The translations under genes were made by a program, and so were the position numbers. A DNA stretch of 64,000 nucleotides, from contig JAWXAY010000029.1 in assembly GCA_034439715.1 (NCBI GenBank), positions 32,001 to 96,000 on the forward strand, in the 5' to 3' direction. A model generated the notes under the pieces. It was not told the origin of the DNA. It did not search any database and saw only the letters and a program-made list of their open reading frames with translations. Below, one piece after another: positions 10,660 through 21,332 of the stretch; within the stretch, counting starts at the first letter, position 1, and each line of letters opens with the position of its first letter. Source of the stretch: Pseudomonadota bacterium (GTDB lineage: Bacteria; Bdellovibrionota; Bdellovibrionia; Bdellovibrionales; SG-bin7).

Positions 10660-12377
10660 TGAAGTCATTACTTCAAAAATTTAAAAGAATCTCTGGGTTT
10701 ATTTCCCCCCCTGTTCTGAAATCATACCTTTTTGCTCTGGCTCTCACTATGGTCGTGGTGGTCTGCGAGATTATTTTTCCTTTCACTCTCCAGGCCTTAA
10801 TATTCAGTGCTGGGATTGCACCTGGGTCAATGACATTAACCAATGGATTTTTTGGACTTAATACCACAACCATTGTTATTGCTCTAACTGGTGTTTCGCT
10901 CATAAAAGCTCTCGCTCAAGGAATTACACTCTACCTTAGCTGTTCAATTACCCAGAGCTTTAGAGCGCACATTAGAGCAAAGTTGACGGAGTGGCTGTTA
11001 AGTGGAAAGCGAATTTCGCAGGGCAGTTTTCTATCCTTTTACGGTGAGCTAACTAATAAGGTGGGCGAAATGTTATTGGACCTTCAAGGTGCAATCACTA
11101 ATACACTGCTATCGTTGGCATTTTTTTTGGTTCTCCTCAAGCTTTCGCCAATCCTAACACTCGGAGCAGTAATAGGACTGGGCCTCGTTGTACTTCCTCT
11201 CAGAAAATCTACAGACCTCATTAAACATCACGGAGACCAAATTAATAACCTTTGGGAAAATCTAAATAAAAATCTTATTTTGATTTTTAAAAATGTCTTT
11301 TTTTTGAGAATCTATGGATTAGAAAAAGATATTAGTAATTCGTCAAACAAGAATCTCAAAGACTTTTTAGGAAGCTACCTTAAATTTGTCACGTTTCAAG
11401 CGGTAAATACTTTTCTGCCCCAGGTGATCGGTATTTTAGTTCTAGTTATAATTTGTCTTTCCGCTAAGAAATTTCATTTATTAGAAACCGAGTTAATCAT
11501 TCCTTATTTATATCTATTTTTTCGCTTTTCCCAAAATTTTTCTAGTTTTATGGGACTATTCTCGAGCATTTCATTTCGCCTTAAACCCGCGCGGCAGCTC
11601 TATGGATGGTGGCTAAATCATGATCCTCTTTCCCAAGATACTAAAACTTTAATTAGCTCTCCGTCGAACACTAATAGTTCAGTTGATCGATCGCCATTTG
11701 GATGGAAAGTCAGCAATGTTACTTTTCAATACTCAGATACTCAGCACACGGTATTTCAAAACTTTTCCGCTCAGATAAACCCTGGTGAAATCACTGTTAT
11801 TACCGGCAAGTCCGGAAGAGGAAAGTCTACGCTCATTAATTTACTCGTAGGCGAAGAAACTCAACAAGCGGGGTCTGTCTTTGTCACCTATTCTGAAGGT
11901 GGCCGTGCAAAGAATAGTAAGGTTTTAGACTCAAAATCTTGGATTCAGAATCGCCTCGGCTACGTCAGTTCCGAGAACTATCTGTTTTCTGGAACAATTA
12001 TTGATAATCTTCTTTTTGGATTAAAGTCCAAACCTACGCCTGAGGAGATCAACAGTGCACTATCCAGATCTCATTGCGATTTCCTAGTTGATGGTATGAA
12101 AAATTTGAATAATTTGCTTGGCGACCATGGTGATGGATTGTCTATTGGTCAAAGACAACGCCTCTGTCTAGCGCGAGCTTTGCTAAGAAAACCGGCGGCC
12201 CTTATCCTGGATGAAGCGACATCAAATCTCGATGTTGAAAGCCAAGCAAAATTTATGGAGACCCTAAAATCACTAAAAGGTAGTCTAACTGTTGTCATCA
12301 TTACTCATCGACTCGAACTCTTAGAGCTTGCCGACCAACACATAGATTTAGAGTCTAGTGCGGCTATTTCAGCCTAA
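10659..12377 (+). CDS. ABC exporter, fused TMD-NBD (MsbA/PglK-like, possible glycan flippase)
   Basis: TM domain; Walker A GKSGRGKS; signature LSIGQ; Walker B LILDE. Confidence 0.88.
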   Translation: MKSLLQKFKRISGFISPPVLKSYLFALALTMVVVVCEIIFPFTLQALIFSAGIAPGSMTLTNGFFGLNTTTIVIALTGVSLIKALAQGITLYLSCSITQSFRAHIRAKLTEWLLSGKRISQGSFLSFYGELTNKVGEMLLDLQGAITNTLLSLAFFLVLLKLSPILTLGAVIGLGLVVLPLRKSTDLIKHHGDQINNLWENLNKNLILIFKNVFFLRIYGLEKDISNSSNKNLKDFLGSYLKFVTFQAVNTFLPQVIGILVLVIICLSAKKFHLLETELIIPYLYLFFRFSQNFSSFMGLFSSISFRLKPARQLYGWWLNHDPLSQDTKTLISSPSNTNSSVDRSPFGWKVSNVTFQYSDTQHTVFQNFSAQINPGEITVITGKSGRGKSTLINLLVGEETQQAGSVFVTYSEGGRAKNSKVLDSKSWIQNRLGYVSSENYLFSGTIIDNLLFGLKSKPTPEEINSALSRSHCDFLVDGMKNLNNLLGDHGDGLSIGQRQRLCLARALLRKPAALILDEATSNLDVESQAKFMETLKSLKGSLTVVIITHRLELLELADQHIDLESSAAISA

Positions 12378-13387
12378 GGTTGCATAAGATTTCTTTTGAG
12401 AATACTTAAATCTCGATACATTTTTCGACCCGAAAAAAAAGTTTGGCGATATATAGCAGAGCTTTTCCAGACTTTGAAAAATGGTATTATCTGGGTATTA
12501 ATTAAGTTTGTCCAAGCCAATGCAAGGCTTTCTTCGCTAGTTTCTTTCGCTCTTTCTTTTCCGTTTTTTATCATTTGATGATAAAAATCTCGGTGTGTTT
12601 TTAAAAACTTAAGGTGCGCAATTACTGCGTTAAGATCGTTAGCAACCAGAAAATCAAGTTTTGACTTCATTTCGAACTGGTAGGCAGAGTTTGTGTCAAC
12701 GATTGCTGGTACGCCTGCATGCCAGGCATTATACAGCTTTGTTGCTGGTTTGGGTGTGAGTTCATTGTTACTGAATGATCTCACGGCAATCAGACAATCC
12801 ATTTTGGAATAGTCATTCCACTCTCCAGGATAATTTCTTTCAAGCCAGTTGAGTTGGAGACCACGTAATGCTACTTTCCACTCCTCCAGTCCAAAATGTC
12901 TGTCACTGTTTTCTTTTACTCCAAAATAACCAACGTTTTGAAATACATCATCACGAGAAATATCTCTAGGCACGAGTCCTGGTTGTGGCCAATGTCGCAC
13001 AAAGTAATCTAGACCGAGCGGAGAAAGCCATCTTTGGTTCCATGCACTACCAAATTTGCTCTCTTTGGGATTCTGCACTAGATGTATTTGAGCAAGTGGA
13101 TGGCGATCCCTATCGGCCTGTACACAAACAAACAATTGACTTGATGAAGGCGCTAGATCAATCGGTAAATGGTCACGATGTGCGAATATTATGCCCTCAC
13201 TTGGTATAACTGAAGTCAATATTACGCTTTGATCTCTGACTTTTAACACTAAGTAAGTCTGCAAAATCCAAGCAAATTCGCCGCTCAAAAAATTAGGAAA
13301 GAGATCAGTGCGATTTTGGGGGAAGGAATCGGAGAATGTTTTTTTATCTAAGTAAAAGTAAATCAATTGACCGATCTCCAAGTTCAA
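12374..13387 (-). CDS. GT-B fold glycosyltransferase-like protein
   Basis: KPATKLYNAWHAGVP motif; in an operon with GT4 genes. Confidence 0.65.
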   Translation of the reverse strand: MNLEIGQLIYFYLDKKTFSDSFPQNRTDLFPNFLSGEFAWILQTYLVLKVRDQSVILTSVIPSEGIIFAHRDHLPIDLAPSSSQLFVCVQADRDRHPLAQIHLVQNPKESKFGSAWNQRWLSPLGLDYFVRHWPQPGLVPRDISRDDVFQNVGYFGVKENSDRHFGLEEWKVALRGLQLNWLERNYPGEWNDYSKMDCLIAVRSFSNNELTPKPATKLYNAWHAGVPAIVDTNSAYQFEMKSKLDFLVANDLNAVIAHLKFLKTHRDFYHQMIKNGKERAKETSEESLALAWTNLINTQIIPFFKVWKSSAIYRQTFFSGRKMYRDLSILKRNLMQP

Positions 13388-14718
13388 ACAAGTTTTTCAA
13401 AGATCTCAACAAATGATTTCGTCATCGCTGACGCCCAATAACGTTCGCACTCTTTGTCATTTATCTTCGACTTGTCTTGGTCAACCGTAAAAAATCGAAC
13501 AAGAGTTTCAATCTGTGCGCTTTGATCTCCATCCAAAAATATTCCCAAGCCGCATTTTGTAAGCTCAGAGCGAGCTTCGCTGGGGTCTGGCACCATTGCA
13601 ATTACGGACTTTTTTAGTCCAATAAAATCTACCATTTTGGCAAAGTTGGCCCACCAAAACGCAGTCCTCCCCGGGATCAATACAACAGCTTTTGCGCCTT
13701 TTATATACTGATAAAGAACTGATTGGGAAACATGGTCCCTAAACATCACTGAATTATTTAAGTTAAATTTTTCGATGCTCTCTTCAGTCCATAATCTGTT
13801 GATTTCCTCATGCCCAACAATCAGAAACTTTAAGCCGGTACTTTTAATTTCAGGTCTTGCTAACACCTGACTGAGAATTTTAAAAAAATGATCACCATAT
13901 TCCTTTAGATATTCTCCACAAAAAAGTATATAAGGCGAATCCAGAGCTTCTACGCTGGCCTGGGACTCAAATAATTTCTCGTCGACACCGGTAGGAATAA
14001 AAACCGTTTTATTTGACCGATACAAATCGTAAAAGATATTTCGATAGCTGGCTGCCAGACCTGTTACAACATCGGCATTCCGATGAGTCATCCGCTCAAT
14101 CTCTCGTTGAAGCATAAACACTTCGTCAATTTGAGAGCATGTTGTTTGTGAATAGGTCGCAGGATCTCTAAAGTCCGCCACCCAAGCACAATCGCTCTTT
14201 TGCTTTAGTTCATTGCCTATAACGTTGCAGGTATAAGGTAAACAAGTGGTGTAAATTACTCTAATATTATTTTTTCGAATTAAATCGAGTCCCTTTCTAA
14301 TGGCCGGACGACACCAAGTCCAATACGGATCGGGTACCCATAACCAGTGAGCCAGCAAGTAATGATAAATCTTTTCAACTATTCCCTTCTTTTTGATACT
14401 ATCCATAGAAAGGTGCGTTCGCGCGGATTTCTTGATTTGAAGGTAAGATCGATCTTTACCTCCCAACCACATTCTCAAACCTCTAAGACTTGGCTCAACG
14501 TATTTTACTCGATGAATTTCTACTTCCTTGGGAAGTTCTTCTATTAAATTCGGATCTTCATTGTAGTTATAATTTCGATCTACCGTTAAGACTATTGGCT
14601 TCCAACCATATTCACATAAATATTTTGCCAATTTGTGAACTCTAAAAACTGCAGCGTGACTTTGCGGCGCAAAAAACGGCGTTACTAATAATACAGTTTT
14701 ACGGTCTGTTGGATTCAT
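13384..14718 (-). CDS. GT4 family glycosyltransferase
   Basis: N-terminal FFAP...RVHKLAKYL...GW..IVLT; WVADFRDP; AKMVDFI. Confidence 0.82.
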   Translation of the reverse strand: MNPTDRKTVLLVTPFFAPQSHAAVFRVHKLAKYLCEYGWKPIVLTVDRNYNYNEDPNLIEELPKEVEIHRVKYVEPSLRGLRMWLGGKDRSYLQIKKSARTHLSMDSIKKKGIVEKIYHYLLAHWLWVPDPYWTWCRPAIRKGLDLIRKNNIRVIYTTCLPYTCNVIGNELKQKSDCAWVADFRDPATYSQTTCSQIDEVFMLQREIERMTHRNADVVTGLAASYRNIFYDLYRSNKTVFIPTGVDEKLFESQASVEALDSPYILFCGEYLKEYGDHFFKILSQVLARPEIKSTGLKFLIVGHEEINRLWTEESIEKFNLNNSVMFRDHVSQSVLYQYIKGAKAVVLIPGRTAFWWANFAKMVDFIGLKKSVIAMVPDPSEARSELTKCGLGIFLDGDQSAQIETLVRFFTVDQDKSKINDKECERYWASAMTKSFVEIFEKLV

Positions 14719-15856
14719 TATCCGTCCAGTTTAACCCAATCCTATACATAGTCGAGTACAAATGATCTACGTAGTCTTCAATAGCAAATCGACTGAGAGC
14801 CTGAGCTTTAGCTTTTTGACCCAAGCTAATTGCGTACTGACGATCAGTAATCAAGAGGCTCATTTTTTGAGCCAGGGCCTTACTATCCAAAGCTTCATAG
14901 GTAAACCCCGTCCTGTCGGGTTCGACAATCTCAACTGGCCCACCAACATTTGGCACAATAACAGGTAAACTGCAAAGCATGGCCTCGACAATTACCATAC
15001 CAAAGGGCTCGAATGGAGCCGCATGACAGAAAGCATTGCAGGCTGCCATCACACGCTCGACATCCGAGCGCATTCCCAGAAATCGAACACTCGATTCAAT
15101 CTGATTGGCTTTTACATGAGCTTCTAACTCCGGACGTAATGGGCCATCACCACATATCACAAGGACACCTTCTTGATTGAATTTATTTTTTAGTTCTACG
15201 AGCGCATCGATTATTATATCAAACCGCTTATTTACGCCTTTTCCCATGCTACCCGCTGCACAGAACAAGAATGTGTGGGGCGTAGCCCCCAAAGCCGTGC
15301 GATCCAAGGCTAGGGCGTTAGCAAATCGATCTGCTTTGATTCCAATATGCATCACCTTAGTTTTGAATTTAAACACTTTATGAGTCGAAATATACCATTT
15401 CTGTAAACTATAACTGCATAAAATTATTTTGCTGGCAAAAAACTGCAGAGTAAAATTTGTGACCTTCCAAAAAATTCCAGTTAAGTAAATATCTCCGTGC
15501 TCAAATGCAAATCTGTTCGGGATTCTTAGCAACCAGGCAATCGGTAGGACAAATAGTCTACTCCAGCTTAAATGAACCTCCACATGTGACGGCTTATGGG
15601 ATTTTATTAATTTGAATAATTCTAGAAAAATAAAGAGAAACTTTTTTTTTGATACACGCTTTTCAAAATTGAAAACTGTGACCTCGATGCCAAGTTTTTT
15701 TAACTCGTTTTCGATGCCACCACCGCCAAAAAGAGAAACCACGTGATGCCTGCCAGAATATTTTTTTTTTGCCTGCTCGATCATCGAAACTAAATGAGTC
15801 TGGGCGCCGCCGATTTTGAGTTCATCTATAAAGTGGAGAATCAGCGGACTGTCCAA
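14699..15856 (-). CDS. GT4 family glycosyltransferase
   Basis: IGGAQ, GDGPLR, EPFGMVIVEA. Confidence 0.92.
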   Translation of the reverse strand: MDSPLILHFIDELKIGGAQTHLVSMIEQAKKKYSGRHHVVSLFGGGGIENELKKLGIEVTVFNFEKRVSKKKFLFIFLELFKLIKSHKPSHVEVHLSWSRLFVLPIAWLLRIPNRFAFEHGDIYLTGIFWKVTNFTLQFFASKIILCSYSLQKWYISTHKVFKFKTKVMHIGIKADRFANALALDRTALGATPHTFLFCAAGSMGKGVNKRFDIIIDALVELKNKFNQEGVLVICGDGPLRPELEAHVKANQIESSVRFLGMRSDVERVMAACNAFCHAAPFEPFGMVIVEAMLCSLPVIVPNVGGPVEIVEPDRTGFTYEALDSKALAQKMSLLITDRQYAISLGQKAKAQALSRFAIEDYVDHLYSTMYRIGLNWTDNESNRP

Positions 15857-15865
15857 ACGGTTATC

Positions 15866-16843
15866 CTATTTAGATTTCTGAAACCAGTGCCACGCATGGC
15901 CTATAGTTTCGTCAAGATTTGTATACTTGGGAGTCCAGCCAAGCACGGATTTGGACTTGTCAGGTGAAGCAACTAGCCGCGGGGGGTCTCCTGGCCGACG
16001 CGATCCATACTCAATTAAAACTCTTTGACCAGAAACTTTCTCAACGCACTTTATAACTTCCAAGACAGAATTACCCTTGCCTGTACCCAAATTAATTCCA
16101 GTGGTTCGACCGCCCTTATCTAAATAATTTAATGCTAAATAGTGAGCTTCGGCCAAGTCAGAGACATGAATATAATCTCGAACGCATGTTCCGTCATCCG
16201 TGTCGTAATCTTTACCAAATACAGTTATCGGCTTTCCATCTCTTAGCGCCATAAAAATAAGGGGAATTAAATGTGTTTCAGGATTGTGATTTTCTCCTAG
16301 TTCCCCCTCTGGATCAGCGCCCGCAGCATTAAAGTAACGCAAATGAACGCCTTGAAATCCAAAGGCACTTGAATAGTCTTCAATAGCTCGCTCCATGACA
16401 AACTTTGTAAAACCATAAGTGTTTATGGGCAACTTTGCCTCATCTTCAGTTATCGGCACTTTATTTGGAACTCCATAAACGGCCGCGCTACTCGAAAAAA
16501 TTATTTTTTTACAGTTAGTTTTTCTCATGGCTTCGAGAAGACTTAGCGTGCCGGAAACATTGTTTTCGTAGTATTTCTGAGGCTCTTTAGCCGATTCTCC
16601 TACATTGGTAAAAGCCGCAAAATGAAAAACTACTGACGGATTGGTTTTTTTAAAGGCGGCAAGTAATTCGGAGTGATTATTGATATCTATTTTTAAGTGA
16701 GAGCCCCACTTACACGCACTTTTGTGACCGTTAACAAGATTATCAATAACGGTGACCTCAGATTGCCGCTTTGAAAGGTGCTTGCAAAGATGAGAACCGA
16801 TATATCCTGCACCGCCGGTTACTACTATTTTATGTTCGACCAA
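15866..16843 (-). CDS. galE: UDP-glucose 4-epimerase
   Basis: GGAGYIG, FSSSAAVYG, YGFTK (YxxxK), LRYFNAAGA, DGTCVRDYIHV. Confidence 0.95.
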   Translation of the reverse strand: MVEHKIVVTGGAGYIGSHLCKHLSKRQSEVTVIDNLVNGHKSACKWGSHLKIDINNHSELLAAFKKTNPSVVFHFAAFTNVGESAKEPQKYYENNVSGTLSLLEAMRKTNCKKIIFSSSAAVYGVPNKVPITEDEAKLPINTYGFTKFVMERAIEDYSSAFGFQGVHLRYFNAAGADPEGELGENHNPETHLIPLIFMALRDGKPITVFGKDYDTDDGTCVRDYIHVSDLAEAHYLALNYLDKGGRTTGINLGTGKGNSVLEVIKCVEKVSGQRVLIEYGSRRPGDPPRLVASPDKSKSVLGWTPKYTNLDETIGHAWHWFQKSK

Positions 16844-17009
16844 TCTGTCTCCTCGCTACGACAATCTGTCTTTGAATTTTAGCTAACTCTGGGCGATTAA
16901 GCAAAAGCTTGCTTATTCAACTTAACCCCAACCTTTGGCTAGCTTTTCGCCTACACCCTTGTTAGGTAACTGCTTTTCTTCTGTTGGCAGCTATGTAACA
17001 ATTTTACGA

Positions 17010-17873
17010 ATGGAGACAAATAAAACATTAAATGCCACACCCGTAATCCCACAGATGGTTCGCTGGTTTATTAATAACGTGAGCTTCAAGTGGGGAAATC
17101 GAATTCTCAATCGCTTACCTAAAAACATCAGAGCTACACGCGCTAAAGTAAACTACCGAGATGCCATATTTAACGTAAACACAGGCGAAGAAATCGGCCG
17201 TCGCCTTTTTTATCATGGCACCTATGAACCCCTGCAAGAGGCTGCGTTTTTATCACTCATTCAGATGGGAACAAAAATCTTCGACATTGGGGCAAATTTG
17301 GGAATTTACTCGATTTTGGCGGCTAAAGCTGGCGCTCAAGTTCACTCATTTGAGCCGTCTCGAAGAGTCCACCAGTACCTGGCAGAAAATGTAAAAGCAA
17401 ATGGATTGTCCTCAGTAATCACACTTCACCAACTCGCCGTCACAGATAGCCCTAAGCAATTATCCTTTTTTGAAGGACGTGAAGGAAACTGGGGCGTGGG
17501 CAAAGTTTTTAAATTTGGAACTTCCCAAGAAAATCTTGAAACCTATATTGTAAATGCAGACTCTTTACCAAATTTAGTTCGAAAGTTTGGCCAACCTGAC
17601 CTCATAAAAATAGATATTGAGGGCGCGGAGTGGCTTGTTATTCAAGGTGCTAAGGAAATTCTAATGAAAGCCGAGGCGCCCAATCTTCTGCTAGAAATCC
17701 ATCCTGGAGAAATTGTCACTCTAGGGGGAAGTGCCGAATCACTTGTTCGGCAAATTATTGACTATGGTTATCAGCAATACAACGTTACCGACGTCATTGG
17801 AAAAAACAATCACCTCTGGCACCTTTTTTCGAAAGCAAATATTTCAAATAAACATTTTACGCGCGCGCAATAG
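17010..17873 (+). CDS. FkbM family methyltransferase
   Basis: FDIGANLG, SFEPS, KIDIEGAE; ATG 17010 preferred over TTG 16935. Confidence 0.9.
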   Translation: METNKTLNATPVIPQMVRWFINNVSFKWGNRILNRLPKNIRATRAKVNYRDAIFNVNTGEEIGRRLFYHGTYEPLQEAAFLSLIQMGTKIFDIGANLGIYSILAAKAGAQVHSFEPSRRVHQYLAENVKANGLSSVITLHQLAVTDSPKQLSFFEGREGNWGVGKVFKFGTSQENLETYIVNADSLPNLVRKFGQPDLIKIDIEGAEWLVIQGAKEILMKAEAPNLLLEIHPGEIVTLGGSAESLVRQIIDYGYQQYNVTDVIGKNNHLWHLFSKANISNKHFTRAQ

Positions 17874-17876
17874 CCC

Positions 17877-18377
17877 TTACCTTCCCCTTTTCATCCTTGT
17901 AGCTATTTCGCGATTGATATCGCGGGTTTTAATACTTTCCCGTTTGTCTTCATGTTTTTTTCCTTTTGCGATTACGATCTCTACCTTTACCATACCTTTT
18001 TTAAAATAAATTCGGTAAGGAATACAGGTCAAACTTTTTTCTTCAACTTGTCTTTGGATTTTATCTAGCTCAATCCGATTAAGTAATAGCTTTCTTTTTC
18101 TCTCAGGTTCATGGTTGTTGTAACTACTTGCTTTGTGAACAGCAATATGGGCATTTTGCAAAAAGGCCTCATGACCCACAAAAGAAACATAGGCGTCTTT
18201 GAGTTGAACCTGACCATCACGAAGTGATTTGACCTCACTGCCACGCAAAGCAATACCGGCCTCATAGCTATCCAAAAAGCTATAGTCAAATTTAGCTTTT
18301 TTATTTATGGCGATAAGTTTTTCGCCAGATCCCTTTGGAGCCGCAGCTTTTGGAGCCGATCCCTTTGCACCCACCAC
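17877..18377 (-). CDS. smpB: SsrA-binding protein
   Basis: NKKAKFDY, EAGIALRGSEVKSLR, RKRKLLL, GKKHEDKRE. Confidence 0.97.
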   Translation of the reverse strand: MVGAKGSAPKAAAPKGSGEKLIAINKKAKFDYSFLDSYEAGIALRGSEVKSLRDGQVQLKDAYVSFVGHEAFLQNAHIAVHKASSYNNHEPERKRKLLLNRIELDKIQRQVEEKSLTCIPYRIYFKKGMVKVEIVIAKGKKHEDKRESIKTRDINREIATRMKRGR

Positions 18378-18381
18378 GCAA

Positions 18382-19209
18382 TTAACCCCTTACTCCATCA
18401 AGTTTTTTAAATAGCTCAATAAACTCTTGGGCATCTAACTCCTCAGCCCGCACCTTAGATGAGTGCCCTAAAGATGCAATGCCCGATAGTATTCTATCAG
18501 CGGAATCTCGCCCCGCGACAACAGCAGCTAAATTATTACACATGTACTTTCGTCGCTGCGCAAAGGCTGCCTTAACAAACTTCAAAAATCGCGCTCCGTC
18601 TACACCCGCAATAACTTTTCTACGAAAAAGCAAAACCCGCCCTGCGACTCGAGGGGGCGGAAAAAAAGAAGACGGATTGGCATCTGAGATTTTTTCTGAC
18701 GTCCACGCCGACTGAGAAATCACACTCAGCAGACCATAATCACTTGTGCGTTTTTTTGCCTGAATTCTCTGTCCCACTTCTTTTTGAAACATTAAAACCA
18801 TTTCTTTAATCGGCGTTACTGTCGTCGATAGATCTACCAACAAGGTTGAAGAAATTTCGAATGGTAAGTTACTCACCAGAGTAATCAATGCACCCTGGGA
18901 TACCTTTGACCAATCCACTTTGAGCGCGTCGTTATCGATCACATTAAACTTTTGCTTTCGCCAATAACCTACTAAATCGCGGTCAAGCTCGACCAAAATA
19001 AGGGGACACTTGAACTCACCGAGCGGGCGCGTGAGAGAACCTAAGCCCGGGCCAATTTCGACTAAAAACTCTGGATTCAAAAGACCTACGGTTTTAATAA
19101 TTTTTTCGACGACAGCCTCATTAATTAAATAACTCTGGCCAAAAGATTTTTTTGGTTTCGTTTCAATTTCGGCCATTAGGGCCTTCATGTCTGCAATATT
19201 CTTTAGCAA
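18382..19209 (-). CDS. rsmA: 16S rRNA adenine dimethyltransferase
   Basis: KKSFGQ, EIGPGLG, NLPF, MFQKEV, AFAQRRK, RAEEL. Confidence 0.93.
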   Translation of the reverse strand: MLKNIADMKALMAEIETKPKKSFGQSYLINEAVVEKIIKTVGLLNPEFLVEIGPGLGSLTRPLGEFKCPLILVELDRDLVGYWRKQKFNVIDNDALKVDWSKVSQGALITLVSNLPFEISSTLLVDLSTTVTPIKEMVLMFQKEVGQRIQAKKRTSDYGLLSVISQSAWTSEKISDANPSSFFPPPRVAGRVLLFRRKVIAGVDGARFLKFVKAAFAQRRKYMCNNLAAVVAGRDSADRILSGIASLGHSSKVRAEELDAQEFIELFKKLDGVRG

Positions 19210-20246
19210 AAATCCCCCTCGAAAGACCTGGCACTAGGACCCAAGGATTGCGGCGAGGCTAGACCTAAGGCAAGTCGTCTCATTCCAACATAACCAATCA
19301 TTGCAGCGTTATCCGTGCAATAACGCATTGGGGGCAACACCAACAATAAGCCCGCAGCATCGGCCCATTCCTTTGCCTTAAAGCGAAGTCGCGAGTTGGC
19401 ACTCACTCCGCCACTAATGATCACTTGCTTCAATTTTGTTTTTTCTTGCGCAAATTTGAGCTTGTTAATTAGTTGATCTACAATGGCTTCTTGAAAACTG
19501 GCGCATAAATCGTTGAGCCTTAGGTCGCGCTCTTTCTCGGGCATCTTGTTAAGAAAATCTTGCGCAAAAGTTTTTAGACCAGAGAAACTAAAATTGAGAT
19601 TACCTTTTTGCGTTAGTGCACGTGGAAAGTTAAAAGCATCGACATGCCCCGACTTTGCTGCCGTGTCAACTTTGGCACCGCCAGGAAAACCTAATCCCAC
19701 CTTAATTGCAAACTTATCAAAGGCCTCTCCGGCTGCATCGTCAAGAGTCGCACCTATCGCCTTATATTTACCGAATTCAAGGGCTTCGTATATCGTAGTG
19801 TGTCCACCACTCACAACTAGACCTAAGAACGGGAAGCCAAACCCTTCGGGCGGCGATGTTTTAGCATCTCGTAAAAAAGGTGCGAGCAGATGTCCTTCGA
19901 GATGATTTACTCCGACAAAGGGAATTTTATTTACCAGCGCCAACATTTTAGCAGTCATAACTCCCACCAACAACGATCCTAATAGGCCTGGCCGACTAGT
20001 CACAGCGATTCCGCTTATATTGGCCCAATTTTTACCACTCTCACGAAAAACATTTTCGACCAATGGTAAAACAGCAATCGTGTGATTGCGACTCGCAATT
20101 TCGGGCACAATACCACCAAAAACTCGGTGCTTGTCATCTTGACTGGCCGAGAACTGCGCCAATACAAAACCCGTATTGTCTACCAGCGCGATGGACGTAT
20201 CATCACAACTGGTCTCAATAGCGAGAATAAGATTTTTATTATTCAT
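19203..20246 (-). CDS. tsaD: tRNA N6-threonylcarbamoyltransferase
   Basis: IETSCDDT, VNHLEGH, DDAAGEAFDK, CTDNAAMI. Confidence 0.97.
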   Translation of the reverse strand: MNNKNLILAIETSCDDTSIALVDNTGFVLAQFSASQDDKHRVFGGIVPEIASRNHTIAVLPLVENVFRESGKNWANISGIAVTSRPGLLGSLLVGVMTAKMLALVNKIPFVGVNHLEGHLLAPFLRDAKTSPPEGFGFPFLGLVVSGGHTTIYEALEFGKYKAIGATLDDAAGEAFDKFAIKVGLGFPGGAKVDTAAKSGHVDAFNFPRALTQKGNLNFSFSGLKTFAQDFLNKMPEKERDLRLNDLCASFQEAIVDQLINKLKFAQEKTKLKQVIISGGVSANSRLRFKAKEWADAAGLLLVLPPMRYCTDNAAMIGYVGMRRLALGLASPQSLGPSARSFEGDFC

Positions 20247-20256
20247 TAGTAAAATC

Positions 20257-20988
20257 CTATTTGATGGATTTTAGCTGCGCTTGAGCTTTCTTAGAAAACG
20301 GAGAATTCGGAAAGCGATTTGAGACTTCTTCGTAAAACGATTTTGCTTGATTCGCCTTACCCAATTGTTGAAAGGCATAACCGATTTTATAAGTGGCCTC
20401 AGAATAATATTTGCCATTTGGGTTTTGGTCTCGGTAGTCCATGTAACTTATGACTGCCTCACCCCAGGCTTTTTTATTATAATGCTCTTCGCCAGTCGTG
20501 TACGGTCCCTTACTCGAGGTTTTAGTGGGCGCACTATCGCCTGAGCTAGACTTAGAAGTTTTTTTCTCTGTCATTTTTTCTTGCGCTGCTATTTGACTTC
20601 TTAAGTCTTGCATCTCTGTAATCATTGCATCCATTTTTTGATTCAGGTTTAATGACGCTTCTTCGAGAGTTTTAAGCCGAACACTGTATTCACCAATTCG
20701 CTGATCATTTATTTTACTTTGCCCAAGCATGTTGCGATCAAGACTTGTCATGCGAGCCTCAAGAGTCTCGATTCGACCATTATAGCGCAATGTCTCTGTT
20801 TGCAGCTCCTGCAAACGAGATTGCGAGTCGGCCCGATTTTCTTGAAGATTTTTTACTTGATCTTGAAATACCTTTTTTTCTTCTTGCTGTTGCACTTGAT
20901 TGCGTGTTTGCAAACAGCCACCCAAAGAAAAGACAGAACCTATAACCAAGGCTACAAATGTCCATGAAGCAACTTTCGTCATCATCAA
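20257..20988 (-). CDS. cpoB: Tol-Pal associated CpoB/YbgF-like lipoprotein
   Basis: Lipobox LGGC, coiled coil, C-terminal TPR ending FPNSPFSKKA; downstream of pal. Confidence 0.82.
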   Translation of the reverse strand: MMMTKVASWTFVALVIGSVFSLGGCLQTRNQVQQQEEKKVFQDQVKNLQENRADSQSRLQELQTETLRYNGRIETLEARMTSLDRNMLGQSKINDQRIGEYSVRLKTLEEASLNLNQKMDAMITEMQDLRSQIAAQEKMTEKKTSKSSSGDSAPTKTSSKGPYTTGEEHYNKKAWGEAVISYMDYRDQNPNGKYYSEATYKIGYAFQQLGKANQAKSFYEEVSNRFPNSPFSKKAQAQLKSIK

Positions 20989-21332
20989 AACACCTCTCCG
21001 GATCGTAGTCGTTTAAGCCGAGCAGAGTTCTCTGCTTTTTCAGCGTAAACTCTAGCTTTTATAAAAAATGCCTTGGCCTCGGAGAAATGTTTTTCTTCGA
21101 AGCCGTCTTGTGCCAGCTTATAGGAAGTGAGACATTTATTCCAATACCCCGTCGCAAACTTGCTTGCACCCGCATTTTTTGCAGACTCTATAGCAATTGA
21201 AGCCAATGCGTAGTCTTCATGAGGGGGAGCACCTACGCACCCTAAATTTAAGACAACAAAAAAAAATAATACTAAATTAGTTCGGCAGCGGAACAAAGTT
21301 AGCTCGGCGATTTTTGGCGAATGCGGAATCAT
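20985..21332 (-). CDS. small helical lipoprotein (DUF4398-like)
   Basis: LGC lipobox; AIESAKNAGA..FA..Y...A..YAEKAE pattern; true start probably downstream of 21332. Confidence 0.6.
   Translation of the reverse strand: MIPHSPKIAELTLFRCRTNLVLFFFVVLNLGCVGAPPHEDYALASIAIESAKNAGASKFATGYWNKCLTSYKLAQDGFEEKHFSEAKAFFIKARVYAEKAENSARLKRLRSGEVF

Noticed and set aside
16841..16871. Direct repeat CAATCTGTCT upstream of galE, with CAATCTGTC also at 8011
   Set aside because: Short, overlaps TTG start regions, and compatible with chance
17877..18377. tmRNA gene or integration site expected near smpB
   Set aside because: The flanks are only 3-4 bp from neighbouring CDSs; no ssrA or att duplication is visible
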